A DNA stretch of 64,000 nucleotides from a virus (lineage: Duplodnaviria > Caudoviricetes). The stretch lies in IMG/VR virus record IMGVR_UViG_3300016744_000001; one strand, written 5' to 3'. The position numbers were made by a program, and so were the translations under genes. Each line of letters opens with the position of its first letter. Positions within the stretch are counted from its first letter, which is position 1. Below the pieces are notes generated by a model. That model saw nothing but the letters and a program-made list of their open reading frames with translations, was not told the DNA's origin and ran no database searches. Shown piece by piece: positions 19,785 through 29,359 of this stretch.

Positions 19785-21371
19785 CTACAATCCAAGTGGA
19801 AGCTTAAATATCCACCACAAGGTGAATTGAACCAAAAAGCAAACCGTGACAACAATTGATATTGGTAATGTTAAAGCATACACACTACCAATTCCAACTT
19901 CTTCATCATCACGGCGATACTTTTCCCAAATCATTAACACCACTGGAATGTAGTAGTTTATTATCGAAATACTGTCAGTGCATTTATCCCCGATCACGTA
20001 AGCCAATTGCGTCCATTCTGGAGATATCCCTAAACGATAAAACATGGGCACAACAATTGGTGCAAAGATCATCCACTTTGCTGATCCAGAAGTGATGAAC
20101 AAATTGATAAATGCGATCACGACAATCAACCCAATCATTGCTGGGTACTTTGACACCCCAAGGGTAATCAACAGTTCCGCCCCTTTGACAGAAACAATTG
20201 TTGTTAAATGACTATCTCCAAAAAACTTGATTGCGAATGCCGCAGGCAAACAAATCACCAAATACCCCGCAGCATCATAGATGCCAGATTGCATCATCTT
20301 TGGAATGTCATTACAACATTTTATTTTTTTCGTTGACACACCGTAGACTGTTCCAATCAGAAAAAACAACCCAACGATCAAAGCGATTATTCCTTCGGTG
20401 AATGGACTTTTCGGAACAAGTTTTCCCTGAGGATTCAACAAAAATCCCCCGTAAGAAGTCATTCCCAGAAACAACACAATCCCGTATCCAAAGACAGCAA
20501 TTGCTGTTAACCACAGTGCTCTGGTTACAACAATCGAATTGACATTCCCTTCAGCAATATCAATTAGGTGTTGATCCATTGAAGAATCTTTTCTTGTCGA
20601 ACAATTCAACATTCGTTTCCATTCAGCATCATCCAAATCCAATGGAATAATCTTTGGGATGAATTTTTCAGTCACGATTGTAATTGCAGTTGATAAAACA
20701 ATCAATGCAACTAGAAGAAAATAGTAATTTGACAATGGAGTGATCGTGGCTGGGATACCAGCAGCATCTACGGACATTTGTGTGATGCTGGACATCATAA
20801 CCATAAACCCGGTCAAAAGAATATTACAGGGTTCAGCACCATGTGCTGCAGCATACCCAATTGCTGCTCCAACGATTGGATTGCGTTTCATTGTTAAAAA
20901 AATTGCTGACGCAACTGTCGTTGAGATGATGATCCCAGCATTGGATGCTAAATTGGCCATACATGCCATCAGGACGACTGAAAACGTAATAAACGACCTA
21001 GGTACTACGTTACACACTTTGTGCATTAGATCGACAAAGAAACCCGTTTCTTTGACATACCCAACAACCAGCAAAGTTACCATGACCAATCCCAATGGGG
21101 CAAAGCTGATGTACACCTTGGTAAAGTCTTTGAGGATGTAGTGGAGGTAGTCAATGCTCATCAGGTTTCTGACAGCCACTACCTGGTTGACCAACTTGTT
21201 CGTAGACTTGTCCACGATATCAGCTTGCACTGCGACACCATAGTGACTCAGAACGGCTGACAGTCCAAGAGTGATCAACATCAATGATACAAACAAAAAG
21301 AATGGGTTTGGCAGTTTATTCCCCACTCTCATTACCCAGCCAAAGAAACCATTTTGTATTCCAGTCGACAT
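19785..21371 (-). CDS. abgT: AbgT-family transporter (p-aminobenzoyl-glutamate transporter-like)
   Basis: GNKLPNPFFLF, VRNLMS, FAPLGLV, INLFITSGSAKWMIFAPIVVPMF, AYVIGD, LPLG motifs; multiple TM helices; AAGGAG RBS before ATG 21371. Confidence 0.9.
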   Translation of the reverse strand: MSTGIQNGFFGWVMRVGNKLPNPFFLFVSLMLITLGLSAVLSHYGVAVQADIVDKSTNKLVNQVVAVRNLMSIDYLHYILKDFTKVYISFAPLGLVMVTLLVVGYVKETGFFVDLMHKVCNVVPRSFITFSVVLMACMANLASNAGIIISTTVASAIFLTMKRNPIVGAAIGYAAAHGAEPCNILLTGFMVMMSSITQMSVDAAGIPATITPLSNYYFLLVALIVLSTAITIVTEKFIPKIIPLDLDDAEWKRMLNCSTRKDSSMDQHLIDIAEGNVNSIVVTRALWLTAIAVFGYGIVLFLGMTSYGGFLLNPQGKLVPKSPFTEGIIALIVGLFFLIGTVYGVSTKKIKCCNDIPKMMQSGIYDAAGYLVICLPAAFAIKFFGDSHLTTIVSVKGAELLITLGVSKYPAMIGLIVVIAFINLFITSGSAKWMIFAPIVVPMFYRLGISPEWTQLAYVIGDKCTDSISIINYYIPVVLMIWEKYRRDDEEVGIGSVYALTLPISIVVTVCFLVQFTLWWIFKLPLGL

Positions 21372-21422
21372 AGCGTTCTCCTTTACAACGTTCATATTTC
21401 TTTTTGTTTATGTTCAAATGTA

Positions 21423-21456
21423 CACATCTCAGACAGGATATCCTGTCTGAGATGTG
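21423..21456. terminator. Perfect 34-bp palindrome between the M20 and abgT genes
   Basis: CACATCTCAGACAGGATATCCTGTCTGAGATGTG. Confidence 0.6.
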
Positions 21457-21463
21457 CTTACTG

Positions 21464-22651
21464 TTACGATTCGAGTTTTCCAGCTGCGGTAATCTTGGCC
21501 ATCGTTTCGAGGTCAAGAGATTCAGCAAGAGCGATCGCCAGCTCAGTCTTCGTGAAGAGGCTGTCAACCACAGCATATTCATTTTCCGTGTGGTTGAACT
21601 CACCCTCCACACCCATCTGGTCAATGGTCGGGATATCTTTCATCACGGCATATGCCGCGTCACCTGCACCACCAGAAACGATACTTGGACCCATGGGGAG
21701 ACCACGCTGTTTGGCAACATCGACTGCCTGCATGTACAGAGCTGTGTTAGCGTAAGTTGCTGTCATCGGTGGGATACCCGGAACAACCGAGGTGTATGCT
21801 CTGGCTTTATCGTCACACAAGAACAGACTTTCCGTGATAAGATCACGAACTCTCTGGATGCTGTTTTCATCATAGACACGGATGTCGAATTTGACCTCGG
21901 CACGATCGGCAATGACATTCCTCGCCGACCCCCCATTGATCACCCCAGGAGTGAACCAGAATTTCTCACGGTCATTGAACTGCGAGATGTAGTTGATGAT
22001 CTTAACCGCCGTCATAATCGCATCACACCCGTTTTCTGGGTTTCTGCCAGTGTGCGCGGATTTACCTTCGATTCTCATGTCGAGGTTGATCGTCCCGGCT
22101 CGGCCAATGATCAACCCGTGATCCAGTGATGCCGTCTCAAAGCTGAAGGCTGCAGCCGCTCCAAGACATTCATCCTGCATAACGGCTGCAAAACTCGAAT
22201 CATCGGTGTGACCAACTTCTTCACCGCTGGTAAAGATAAGTTTGATCGGACGAGAATAACCTCGTTTGACAAGAGCCAACGCGGTGTAGATCATGATGAC
22301 GATCCCACCTTTCATATCCAAGACACCAGAACCAAAGATCTTTCCGTCGTGGATTGTGCAACTTGCGGCAGTCCTGACAGTATCCACATGTCCCATGAAG
22401 ACTAAAGGCCGCAGCTCAGTGGCGGGCCCAGTTATGTAGCTTACGATTGATGGCCGTGCACAGTACTTCGAGCAGTATGCCTCAAGGGTATGCTTCCTCA
22501 GTTTACAAAAACCTTCTTGGATCTCACGATCTATCCGAGCAAAGATCTCGGATTTGTCATCGTAAGTTGAAGAAGCAATGTTGACCAGGTCTTGCCAGAA
22601 CCTGATCATTTCTTTTTCATGTTCCTTAATGAACTGTTTGATATCATCCAT
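21464..22651 (-). CDS. M20 family metallopeptidase (glutamate carboxypeptidase/ArgE-DapE-like)
   Basis: GHVDTV, GSGVLDMKGG, GEEVG, GKSAHTG, GGSARNVI, HTENE motifs. Confidence 0.9.
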   Translation of the reverse strand: MDDIKQFIKEHEKEMIRFWQDLVNIASSTYDDKSEIFARIDREIQEGFCKLRKHTLEAYCSKYCARPSIVSYITGPATELRPLVFMGHVDTVRTAASCTIHDGKIFGSGVLDMKGGIVIMIYTALALVKRGYSRPIKLIFTSGEEVGHTDDSSFAAVMQDECLGAAAAFSFETASLDHGLIIGRAGTINLDMRIEGKSAHTGRNPENGCDAIMTAVKIINYISQFNDREKFWFTPGVINGGSARNVIADRAEVKFDIRVYDENSIQRVRDLITESLFLCDDKARAYTSVVPGIPPMTATYANTALYMQAVDVAKQRGLPMGPSIVSGGAGDAAYAVMKDIPTIDQMGVEGEFNHTENEYAVVDSLFTKTELAIALAESLDLETMAKITAAGKLES

Positions 22652-22688
22652 AGTGCCCTCCGGCGTTTATTCATGTCACGATTATCAC

Positions 22689-22696
22689 TATATTAC
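22689..22696 (+). promoter_or_regulatory. Early promoter motif TATATTAC upstream of the NAD operon
   Basis: Exact motif in the divergent intergenic region. Confidence 0.65.
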
Positions 22697-22760
22697 CTTA
22701 GTATACCAATTCGCTAGTGATCTTTCACTTACAAACTGATGGTATAACCAATTAACATTT

Positions 22761-22782
22761 AACGCGAAGGAGCTTCGCAATG
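22761..22782 (+). promoter_or_regulatory. RBS-containing hairpin, identical to 23382-23403
   Basis: AACGCGAAGGAGCTTCGCAATG: GCGAAG/CTTCGC stem enclosing the Shine-Dalgarno. Confidence 0.75.
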
Positions 22783-23346
22783 TCTGACACTAACTTCAAA
22801 ATCGCAATTGACCTGCATGGCACCTACGACCAGATGCCAGAACTGTTTGAAAAGTATCTCTTTACTTTGCCCAGTACGGATATCTATATCTTCAGCGGGT
22901 CACCGAAAGAGGATATCAATAATTACCTGGCTTCTCGGGTCAGTGAAATTACAGATCCGAACATCATGAACATGATGAAACGTGTTCAGCTCCTCTCCAT
23001 TGTCGACTACTGTTTTGAGCAGGGTCTCCCGATGGAACCAAGAGTCAGTGAACGCAGCGGCCGTGAGTCCTGGTACTTTAAGGGGGACGAAGCCATCTGG
23101 TGGGCGATGAAAGGCATCATCTGTCAGAAGCACGGTATCAACCTGTTGATTGATGACAAGGAAGAATACCTGAACTTTATCAACATCGGTCGCAACATCA
23201 TGCCCAAGTTCATTCTGTTCAAAGGGTTGAACGGTGAACCAGCAACCAAAACCGACTTTATCAGGTTGTTTTCCCCGGCTTGGTCAACGTTCGCTGGAAT
23301 CCATCCAGCGCTAGCGTTTCAGACCACCAGGCAATTCAAAGACTAG
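22780..23346 (+). CDS. HAD-like phosphatase/nucleotidase-like protein
   Basis: IAIDLHGT (motif I-like), IFSG (II), K..IC (III), LLIDD (IV). Confidence 0.6.
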   Translation: MSDTNFKIAIDLHGTYDQMPELFEKYLFTLPSTDIYIFSGSPKEDINNYLASRVSEITDPNIMNMMKRVQLLSIVDYCFEQGLPMEPRVSERSGRESWYFKGDEAIWWAMKGIICQKHGINLLIDDKEEYLNFINIGRNIMPKFILFKGLNGEPATKTDFIRLFSPAWSTFAGIHPALAFQTTRQFKD

Positions 23347-23381
23347 CCACTGGGGCTTTTCTTATATATTTCATCAACCTA

Positions 23382-23403
23382 AACGCGAAGGAGCTTCGCA
23401 ATG
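23382..23403 (+). promoter_or_regulatory. RBS-containing hairpin, identical to 22761-22782
   Basis: 22-nt exact repeat ending in the start codon of nadV. Confidence 0.75.
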
Positions 23404-24795
23404 ATTTCCAACAACATTATCACCAAGACAGACAGTTACAAGCACTCTCACTACCAGGTACTTCCTGAAGGTACCAAGACTGTGTACTCCTATCTGGAGA
23501 GCCGTAAAGGCATGTATCCGTATGACCTGTTCTTCGGTATGCAGGCGTACTTGATGAAGTATTTGACGAAGCCCTTCACCAAGAAGGACATCGACATTGC
23601 TGAACGTCGGGTCAACCAGCATATCCCTGAGCTTAAATTCAACCGGAAGGGATGGGAACACATTCTTAACAAGCACGGCGGCTACTTGCCACTGCGCATC
23701 CGTGCCGTACAGGAAGGCTTGAAGATTCCCTTGAGGATGCCTCTTGTCACTGTCCAAAACACCGACCCTGCGGTGCCCTGGTTGACTGGTCACATCGAGA
23801 CCACTCTTCTGAGGGGTATCTGGTATCCGACCACCGTTGCTACCCGGTCGAACTGGATACGGGGAATCCTGGCTGAAGCGTTGAAGAAGAGCTCTGACAC
23901 GACATCACCCATGGAAAAGCTGAACTTCATGCTGCATGACTTTGGTATGCGTGGCAACACCTGCGAAGAATCTGCTGGCATCAGTGGTGCAGCTCACCTG
24001 GTGAACTTCATGGGGACCGACACAATGGACGCGCTTGACTGGGTGGAGACATACTACTCAGAAGAATGCGCCGGTTACTCGATCCCTGCGACAGAGCACT
24101 CAGTCATGACGATCTACGGTCGTCGGAATGAGATTGAAGCGTATCGGACCGCTATTCGCAAGTTTGCGAAGAAGGGTGCCATCTTCGCTACTGTGGCTGA
24201 CTCGTACGACATTTTCGAAGTTTGTCGTTCGATCATGCCCCAGCTCAAAGATGACATCGTGGCATCTGGCGCCACCATGGTACTCCGTCCCGACAGCGGT
24301 GATCCCATGAGCGTACTGCCGAAGATGCTGGAACTGCTGGAACCAATCTTTGGTGTGACCTACAACTCGAAAGGGTACAAGGTCCTCAACCACATTCGTC
24401 TGATCTGGGGTGATGGTATTAACCAAGACTCCGTCAAGGCGATTGTTGAGTTGCTGAACCAGCTTGGTTACAGTGTGGACAACATCGCATTTGGTTGCGG
24501 TGGCTGGATGGTGCAGGACCTGACCCGCGATACCCAAGGTTTCGCAATGAAGGCAGCTGCTGCACTGGTGGATGGTACACACATCGAACTCTGCAAGGAC
24601 CCGGTCACTGACCCTGGTAAGCGCAGCAAGGCAGGCATGGTGACCACGTACCAGAACGGAGATGGGCAGTACTACTCTGGTCTGTGGATCGAAGGCACCG
24701 ACGATGCCCTGCAGGATGTGTACCTTGACGGTGAATTGCTTAACACCACAACGATGGCTGCGGTCCGTGAACGGGCCGACATGGGAGCGTTCTAA
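23401..24795 (+). CDS. nadV: Nicotinamide phosphoribosyltransferase
   Basis: TDSYKHSH, WYPTTVAT, LHDFGMRG, AHLVNFMGTDT, SIPATEHS, LRPDSGDP, KDPVTDPGKRSK. Confidence 0.95.
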   Translation: MISNNIITKTDSYKHSHYQVLPEGTKTVYSYLESRKGMYPYDLFFGMQAYLMKYLTKPFTKKDIDIAERRVNQHIPELKFNRKGWEHILNKHGGYLPLRIRAVQEGLKIPLRMPLVTVQNTDPAVPWLTGHIETTLLRGIWYPTTVATRSNWIRGILAEALKKSSDTTSPMEKLNFMLHDFGMRGNTCEESAGISGAAHLVNFMGTDTMDALDWVETYYSEECAGYSIPATEHSVMTIYGRRNEIEAYRTAIRKFAKKGAIFATVADSYDIFEVCRSIMPQLKDDIVASGATMVLRPDSGDPMSVLPKMLELLEPIFGVTYNSKGYKVLNHIRLIWGDGINQDSVKAIVELLNQLGYSVDNIAFGCGGWMVQDLTRDTQGFAMKAAAALVDGTHIELCKDPVTDPGKRSKAGMVTTYQNGDGQYYSGLWIEGTDDALQDVYLDGELLNTTTMAAVRERADMGAF

Positions 24796-26009
24796 TGAGT
24801 GCTACGATTTATTCTGAACGCCACATCGGCGTGTTGATTGGCAGGTTTCAGCCGTTTCATCTCGGCCACATGCACCAGATCAGCGAAGCGTTGGACCAAG
24901 GTCTGAACAACTTCAAGATCTTCATCGGCTCAGCCAACAGTGGACGGACACTCCAGAATCCGTTCACGGTTGCGGAAAGAGTTCAGATGATCGGCCTTGC
25001 AGTCGGTGACATGCTGATTGACAAAGGTTGCGCAACGGTCAAGTCTGAGGCTTATTCGCAAAGCGTCACTGATCAGCAGGCGTATCCGATCTGGACCATC
25101 ACTGGTGCGAAATCATCTCGTGAACAGGTCACGATCGAGATCTACCCGCTGAATGACTACTTGTACAACGATGACAAGTGGAAGCTTGAATTCCTGACAG
25201 CACTGTTCACTGAACGGAGCGGTTTCAAGTTCAGGCCGATCCACACCTTGCTGGGTTACCACAAGGATGCCACATCGTGGTACCTTGACGAATTCCGTGA
25301 ACTGGAACAGGCAATCGTCAAGACTCCGTACAAAGCGGTGATTGGTGGCACTGAAACCATGATCAGTGCGACCGACATCAGAGAACGTTACTTCCTTGAT
25401 GAGACCATCTCAATGACCGATTCCTACAAGGAAAACGGTTGGGATACCATTCTGCCTTACAAGGTTGCACTTTGGCTGGAATTGTTCAAAGTACAGCAGC
25501 CGCGTGATTGGCAGTATGTTCGTGACGAATACAAGTTCATGGTTGATTACAAGAAGCTGTGGGCGGGATCACCATATCCCCCGATCTTCGTCACAACCGA
25601 CGCCTTGATTCAACAGGGTAACAACATCCTGATGATCCAACGGCGGACTCAGCCGGGCAAGAACATGTGGGCAATGCCTGGTGGATTCTTGAAGGACAAT
25701 GAACTGCTCGAGACTGGTATGCTTCGTGAACTTCGCGAAGAAACTGGTCTCCGTGTATCCATGCCTGTCCTCAAGCGGTGCATCGTGAACCGTGAGGTCA
25801 TTGACAATCCGAACAGGAGCAGTCGTGGCCGTACGATCACACATGTGTTCCACATCAAGTTGGAGGACATCTCCAATGGTCTGCCAGCGATCCGTGGCGC
25901 ATCTGACGCAGTCAAAGCACGGTGGATTCCACTGTACGAGGTTGCCAAGATGAAGGCCGAGATCTTTGAAGATCACTGGGACATCATTGCCAAACTGATC
26001 AAGTTCTAA
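24795..26009 (+). CDS. nadM: Bifunctional NMN adenylyltransferase / Nudix ADP-ribose pyrophosphatase (NadM-Nudix, NatV-like)
   Basis: IGRFQPFHLGH, NPFTVAER, ISATDIR; Nudix box PGGF....E......RELREETG; FEDH. Confidence 0.95.
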   Translation: MSATIYSERHIGVLIGRFQPFHLGHMHQISEALDQGLNNFKIFIGSANSGRTLQNPFTVAERVQMIGLAVGDMLIDKGCATVKSEAYSQSVTDQQAYPIWTITGAKSSREQVTIEIYPLNDYLYNDDKWKLEFLTALFTERSGFKFRPIHTLLGYHKDATSWYLDEFRELEQAIVKTPYKAVIGGTETMISATDIRERYFLDETISMTDSYKENGWDTILPYKVALWLELFKVQQPRDWQYVRDEYKFMVDYKKLWAGSPYPPIFVTTDALIQQGNNILMIQRRTQPGKNMWAMPGGFLKDNELLETGMLRELREETGLRVSMPVLKRCIVNREVIDNPNRSSRGRTITHVFHIKLEDISNGLPAIRGASDAVKARWIPLYEVAKMKAEIFEDHWDIIAKLIKF

Positions 26010-26019
26010 GCTCAACAAT

Positions 26020-26053
26020 GTGACCTACCGAGGGATTTCCCTCGGTAGGTCAC
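26020..26053 (+). terminator. Intergenic hairpin
   Basis: GTGACCTACCGAGGG / CCCTCGGTAGGTCAC. Confidence 0.65.
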
Positions 26054-26108
26054 TCTAAGTACCCAATTATTTTTGTCAATCAATTAAAGGAACAACTATA
26101 TAACTATT

Positions 26109-26861
26109 TTGGATCTACTGGATTTACTAACCAAACAACCTCCGAAGGAGTTTCCCATGTTGTATCCTGAACTGCAATTGTACTTTGATGTGGAACGTGA
26201 AGTGCTGATGATCCTGAACGAACTGACCGATCCAAGCACGGAAATCATTATGACCGACGTTGATCTTCATGAACTGTCGGTTCAGCAGGGCAATGAACTG
26301 CACAAGTCTCAACTGTACCCTGTCACTGACAACGGCATGGGTGGTGTTTGCTTCCGTGGTGAAATTGGCAAGGTCCAGATGGATACTTGCCTCAAAGCGT
26401 TTGAAACTTCAGGCACAATGAGTGAATCAGCAATGTGTGCGTATTATGAACGCTTCAATGGTCAGCTTGTCTACTCAGTTCCGGGCATCACCATGGGCAT
26501 CCTTAAGTCGGTCATCATGTTCAAGACTGAGTTCATAACTCGTGAACTGGTCTTCAGCATGGTAATTGGCATCATTGCTCACGAACGTCGGCATGCCGTC
26601 CAGACTTTGGCCAAACTTAACATCGGTGGATTTGAAGGCAAAGACATCATGTCGGTGCATATCACTGAATACGCGGCACAGCCTTCTGAAATTGATGCCC
26701 TCTGCTTCAACATTGCGGTCCAACAGGGTTTAGCCAGAATGGAAGACGTTGAAACCTGGCAGCCGGATGAAGAATACAAACAAAACTGTTTGACGGCAAT
26801 CAAAAACTTAGCCGCCCACTCTGAAAAAATGTTTCCCAACAAGACGGCAGTTGCGGGCTAA
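26109..26861 (+). CDS. Putative zincin-type metallopeptidase-like protein
   Basis: IIAHERRHAVQ (HExxH) with downstream PSEIDA; start uncertain. Confidence 0.55.
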   Translation: MDLLDLLTKQPPKEFPMLYPELQLYFDVEREVLMILNELTDPSTEIIMTDVDLHELSVQQGNELHKSQLYPVTDNGMGGVCFRGEIGKVQMDTCLKAFETSGTMSESAMCAYYERFNGQLVYSVPGITMGILKSVIMFKTEFITRELVFSMVIGIIAHERRHAVQTLAKLNIGGFEGKDIMSVHITEYAAQPSEIDALCFNIAVQQGLARMEDVETWQPDEEYKQNCLTAIKNLAAHSEKMFPNKTAVAG

Positions 26862-26871
26862 GGAGTCCATC

Positions 26872-27324
26872 ATGTACAAGTCCATCCTGCTTTTCCTTGC
26901 AATCTTGGTCTTTGGCCTTTCTGTTTCTGCCCGCGCGGCGGTCTATGCTGACAGCTACATGGCATCCACAGAAGACGGGTTTTATGTCACTGGTCTCGAT
27001 GATCAGTATGAAACCTGCTACCAAACCTCCAACTCCATCACCGACAAGACTGGATGTCTGGAAAAGTTCATTGACCGTTCCAGAAAGGACATCCCGGTCT
27101 CGTTGAAGATCATCCGTACCAGCTGCAACAAGCCCAAATGTGCTGAAATGGTAAAGGCCATCGAAAATGGTTACCAACAATTCGGTGCTTCCATCGATGG
27201 TATCTTCAACTACTCTGCTCCGAAGGCAACCTACGCCAGACTGGCACTCAACGCCACCATCATCAAGGGCATGCAGGATACCACTGCTCAACTATCAACC
27301 TTCATCCAAAACTTCGACAACTAA
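26872..27324 (+). CDS. Secreted small protein, LprI (DUF1311)-like Cys pattern
   Basis: Signal peptide MYKSILLFLAILVFGLSVSARA; YETC....TGCL pair; AAGGAG RBS. Confidence 0.55.
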   Translation: MYKSILLFLAILVFGLSVSARAAVYADSYMASTEDGFYVTGLDDQYETCYQTSNSITDKTGCLEKFIDRSRKDIPVSLKIIRTSCNKPKCAEMVKAIENGYQQFGASIDGIFNYSAPKATYARLALNATIIKGMQDTTAQLSTFIQNFDN

Positions 27325-27340
27325 CCACAAGGAGTCTCAC

Positions 27341-27625
27341 ATGCTTGCTGAAATCAATGACCTCATCAACAATATCTCTGTCATCATCGAAAACACCAGC
27401 AATGATCAGGTGGTGAAAATCACCACGGCTGTGAAAGAAGATCTGATCAGGTTGCGTGAAAACTATACCACCAAGATGACCACGCACAACGCCAACGTCG
27501 ACATGGTTATCAACAACACCGAAACCATCGGTGATGCTGTTCAGGCATTGCCTGGCGGCGGGTATGATGCCAGCAAAGACCTTGCAGAAGTCAGCATGCT
27601 TATCGCCAACCTCAAGCTCGACTAA
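27341..27625 (+). CDS. Hypothetical helical protein
   Basis: AAGGAG RBS before ATG 27341. Confidence 0.7.
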   Translation: MLAEINDLINNISVIIENTSNDQVVKITTAVKEDLIRLRENYTTKMTTHNANVDMVINNTETIGDAVQALPGGGYDASKDLAEVSMLIANLKLD

Positions 27626-27637
27626 CAAGGAACTATC

Positions 27638-28024
27638 ATGAAAATCATCTCCTGTTTGATCCTTATTCTCGGCATCGCCTGCACTGCTCACGCCCGTGAT
27701 CCTTTCGACACCTTCATGTCCTTGAACTATCAGCAGTGCGCCCGCACCTCTGGTGAAAGCATCTGTCTCGCCCGTGAGCTGGACCAGCAGAACAAAGCCT
27801 TGGCTGTACTGCGCCAGAACATCATCAACCACTGTGGCGGCCGGCAGCAATGCATCGCTTCTTTTGAAAACTACCGCATGGCCATGGATCAAGATCTCAT
27901 CGCTCTTCAGCAGCTGATGCAGGCGACTTCACCCAACACCAACTCGATCACTTTGAAGAAAGCAGCGGTCATCATGACCATGCGTCGCATTGAACTTCTT
28001 GGGGCATTGTTCCCCAGACGGTAG
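27638..28024 (+). CDS. Secreted small protein, LprI (DUF1311)-like Cys pattern
   Basis: Signal peptide ending AHA; YQQCARTSGESICLARELDQQNKAL. Confidence 0.55.
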   Translation: MKIISCLILILGIACTAHARDPFDTFMSLNYQQCARTSGESICLARELDQQNKALAVLRQNIINHCGGRQQCIASFENYRMAMDQDLIALQQLMQATSPNTNSITLKKAAVIMTMRRIELLGALFPRR

Positions 28025-28026
28025 AC

Positions 28027-28056
28027 ATGATGGCCGGGGATATCCCCGGCCATCAT
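28027..28056. terminator. Perfect 30-bp palindrome
   Basis: ATGATGGCCGGGGATATCCCCGGCCATCAT. Confidence 0.6.
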
Positions 28057-28096
28057 CAAAACCTACAGATGTTTTATTTTTTATAAAGGAGTCATT

Positions 28097-28447
28097 ATGC
28101 ACAGATACGTCATCACTGATATTGCTGGGAACATCTGGTTTGGTGAGATGACCTTAAACTGGTTCCAAAAGTTGTTTCCACCAAAACAATTCACGTTAAG
28201 GAATGCTCGGCAATCAATCAATCAAAAAGCAGCATTAAACACAGTGTTCTTTAAAGTTGGTGATCCTGTTCCACATCCATTTTCAACACTTGTTCCTGGA
28301 CTTTGGACAAACGTCGCGATTGATGAGATGACTCTGCAATGGAGTTCTTTCTTCCGAGTACATGATCAAGCTGAGAAGACTGGTCTATCAGATCGACCAG
28401 TAGCTGATCGTGAGAAGTATGGAATAGTCATTGATAACGACGACTAG
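28097..28447 (+). CDS. Hypothetical protein
   Basis: AGGGAG RBS; 116 aa. Confidence 0.65.
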   Translation: MHRYVITDIAGNIWFGEMTLNWFQKLFPPKQFTLRNARQSINQKAALNTVFFKVGDPVPHPFSTLVPGLWTNVAIDEMTLQWSSFFRVHDQAEKTGLSDRPVADREKYGIVIDNDD

Positions 28448-28525
28448 CGTACATTATTATTTCTCTGACAAATATTGAATGTACAGTCCGAATATTGTAA
28501 ACCCCAACCCTTGAAGGAGACAGAA

Positions 28526-29359
28526 ATGTCGCTTCCGATTCTTACATTCACAGCCCTTGTGAACTATACTCCCAATCTGACCGCCGGCACCGTGCTTGAA
28601 CGCGCTTCGGTACAAAGCATCTTCGGCCGTGTCAACGACCAGCTGATACATGATTTCGCTGGTCAGGAACTGACTCTGACGATCAAACGTCTGAGCCGTG
28701 ACTCTGATGGTAACATGCGTGGCGCGGCCAAAGACGATGAAATCTACACCCTGAACGACTCCAAAGCCGCCGCCCTGCGGCATCTCCACCTGACCGACGC
28801 CAATGGCAATCAGGTTCGTTCCATCGTTCTGGCCCTTACCGAACTGGTGGCCACAGAACTGTTTGGTGAAATCAACGACGAAAAGGTCTTCTCCTGCCCG
28901 GTAGCTGAAAACCTTCTTGGCGTCATCGGTGAAGCCAGCAGCATCTTCAAAGCCACCAATGAATTCAGCTACCCCATGCACGAAGGTCTGCTGCTCTACC
29001 CTGACAACAAGTGGTATGTCCTCGTTCGCTTCTTTGGTGAAGAAGGCAAAGATCCCCAGGTGGAAAAACGTCTGGCCACTGCGGCCGAACTCAAAGCCGC
29101 TGGCATCAGCCAGGACTTCCCGATCAAAATCGCCATCGACTTCAGCAACGGCGCCCCCAACAAGTTTACCGACGACAAGGGTGTCTGGCAGATCGTTACC
29201 GGTGCCAAGTTGGTGAACACTGACAAGGGTGGCACTGCTTACGTACTGGATTACCGCGCCTGCACCCAGGCTGAAATCCCTGTGGTCCCAGCCGGTGACC
29301 CTGCTGCTGAAACCACCAAGGTTGCGGCGCCTACAGTCGCCACAAGCGAAAAGAAGTAA
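28526..29359 (+). CDS. Hypothetical protein, probably highly expressed
   Basis: AAGGAG RBS; strong C-ending codon bias like the capsid gene. Confidence 0.75.
   Translation: MSLPILTFTALVNYTPNLTAGTVLERASVQSIFGRVNDQLIHDFAGQELTLTIKRLSRDSDGNMRGAAKDDEIYTLNDSKAAALRHLHLTDANGNQVRSIVLALTELVATELFGEINDEKVFSCPVAENLLGVIGEASSIFKATNEFSYPMHEGLLLYPDNKWYVLVRFFGEEGKDPQVEKRLATAAELKAAGISQDFPIKIAIDFSNGAPNKFTDDKGVWQIVTGAKLVNTDKGGTAYVLDYRACTQAEIPVVPAGDPAAETTKVAAPTVATSEKK

Noticed and set aside
19785-26009. Interpretation of the window as bacterial chromosome or prophage because of metabolic genes
   Set aside because: These genes are embedded among phiKZ-type core genes and share the phage's promoter motif and palindromes; no integrase or att site seen.
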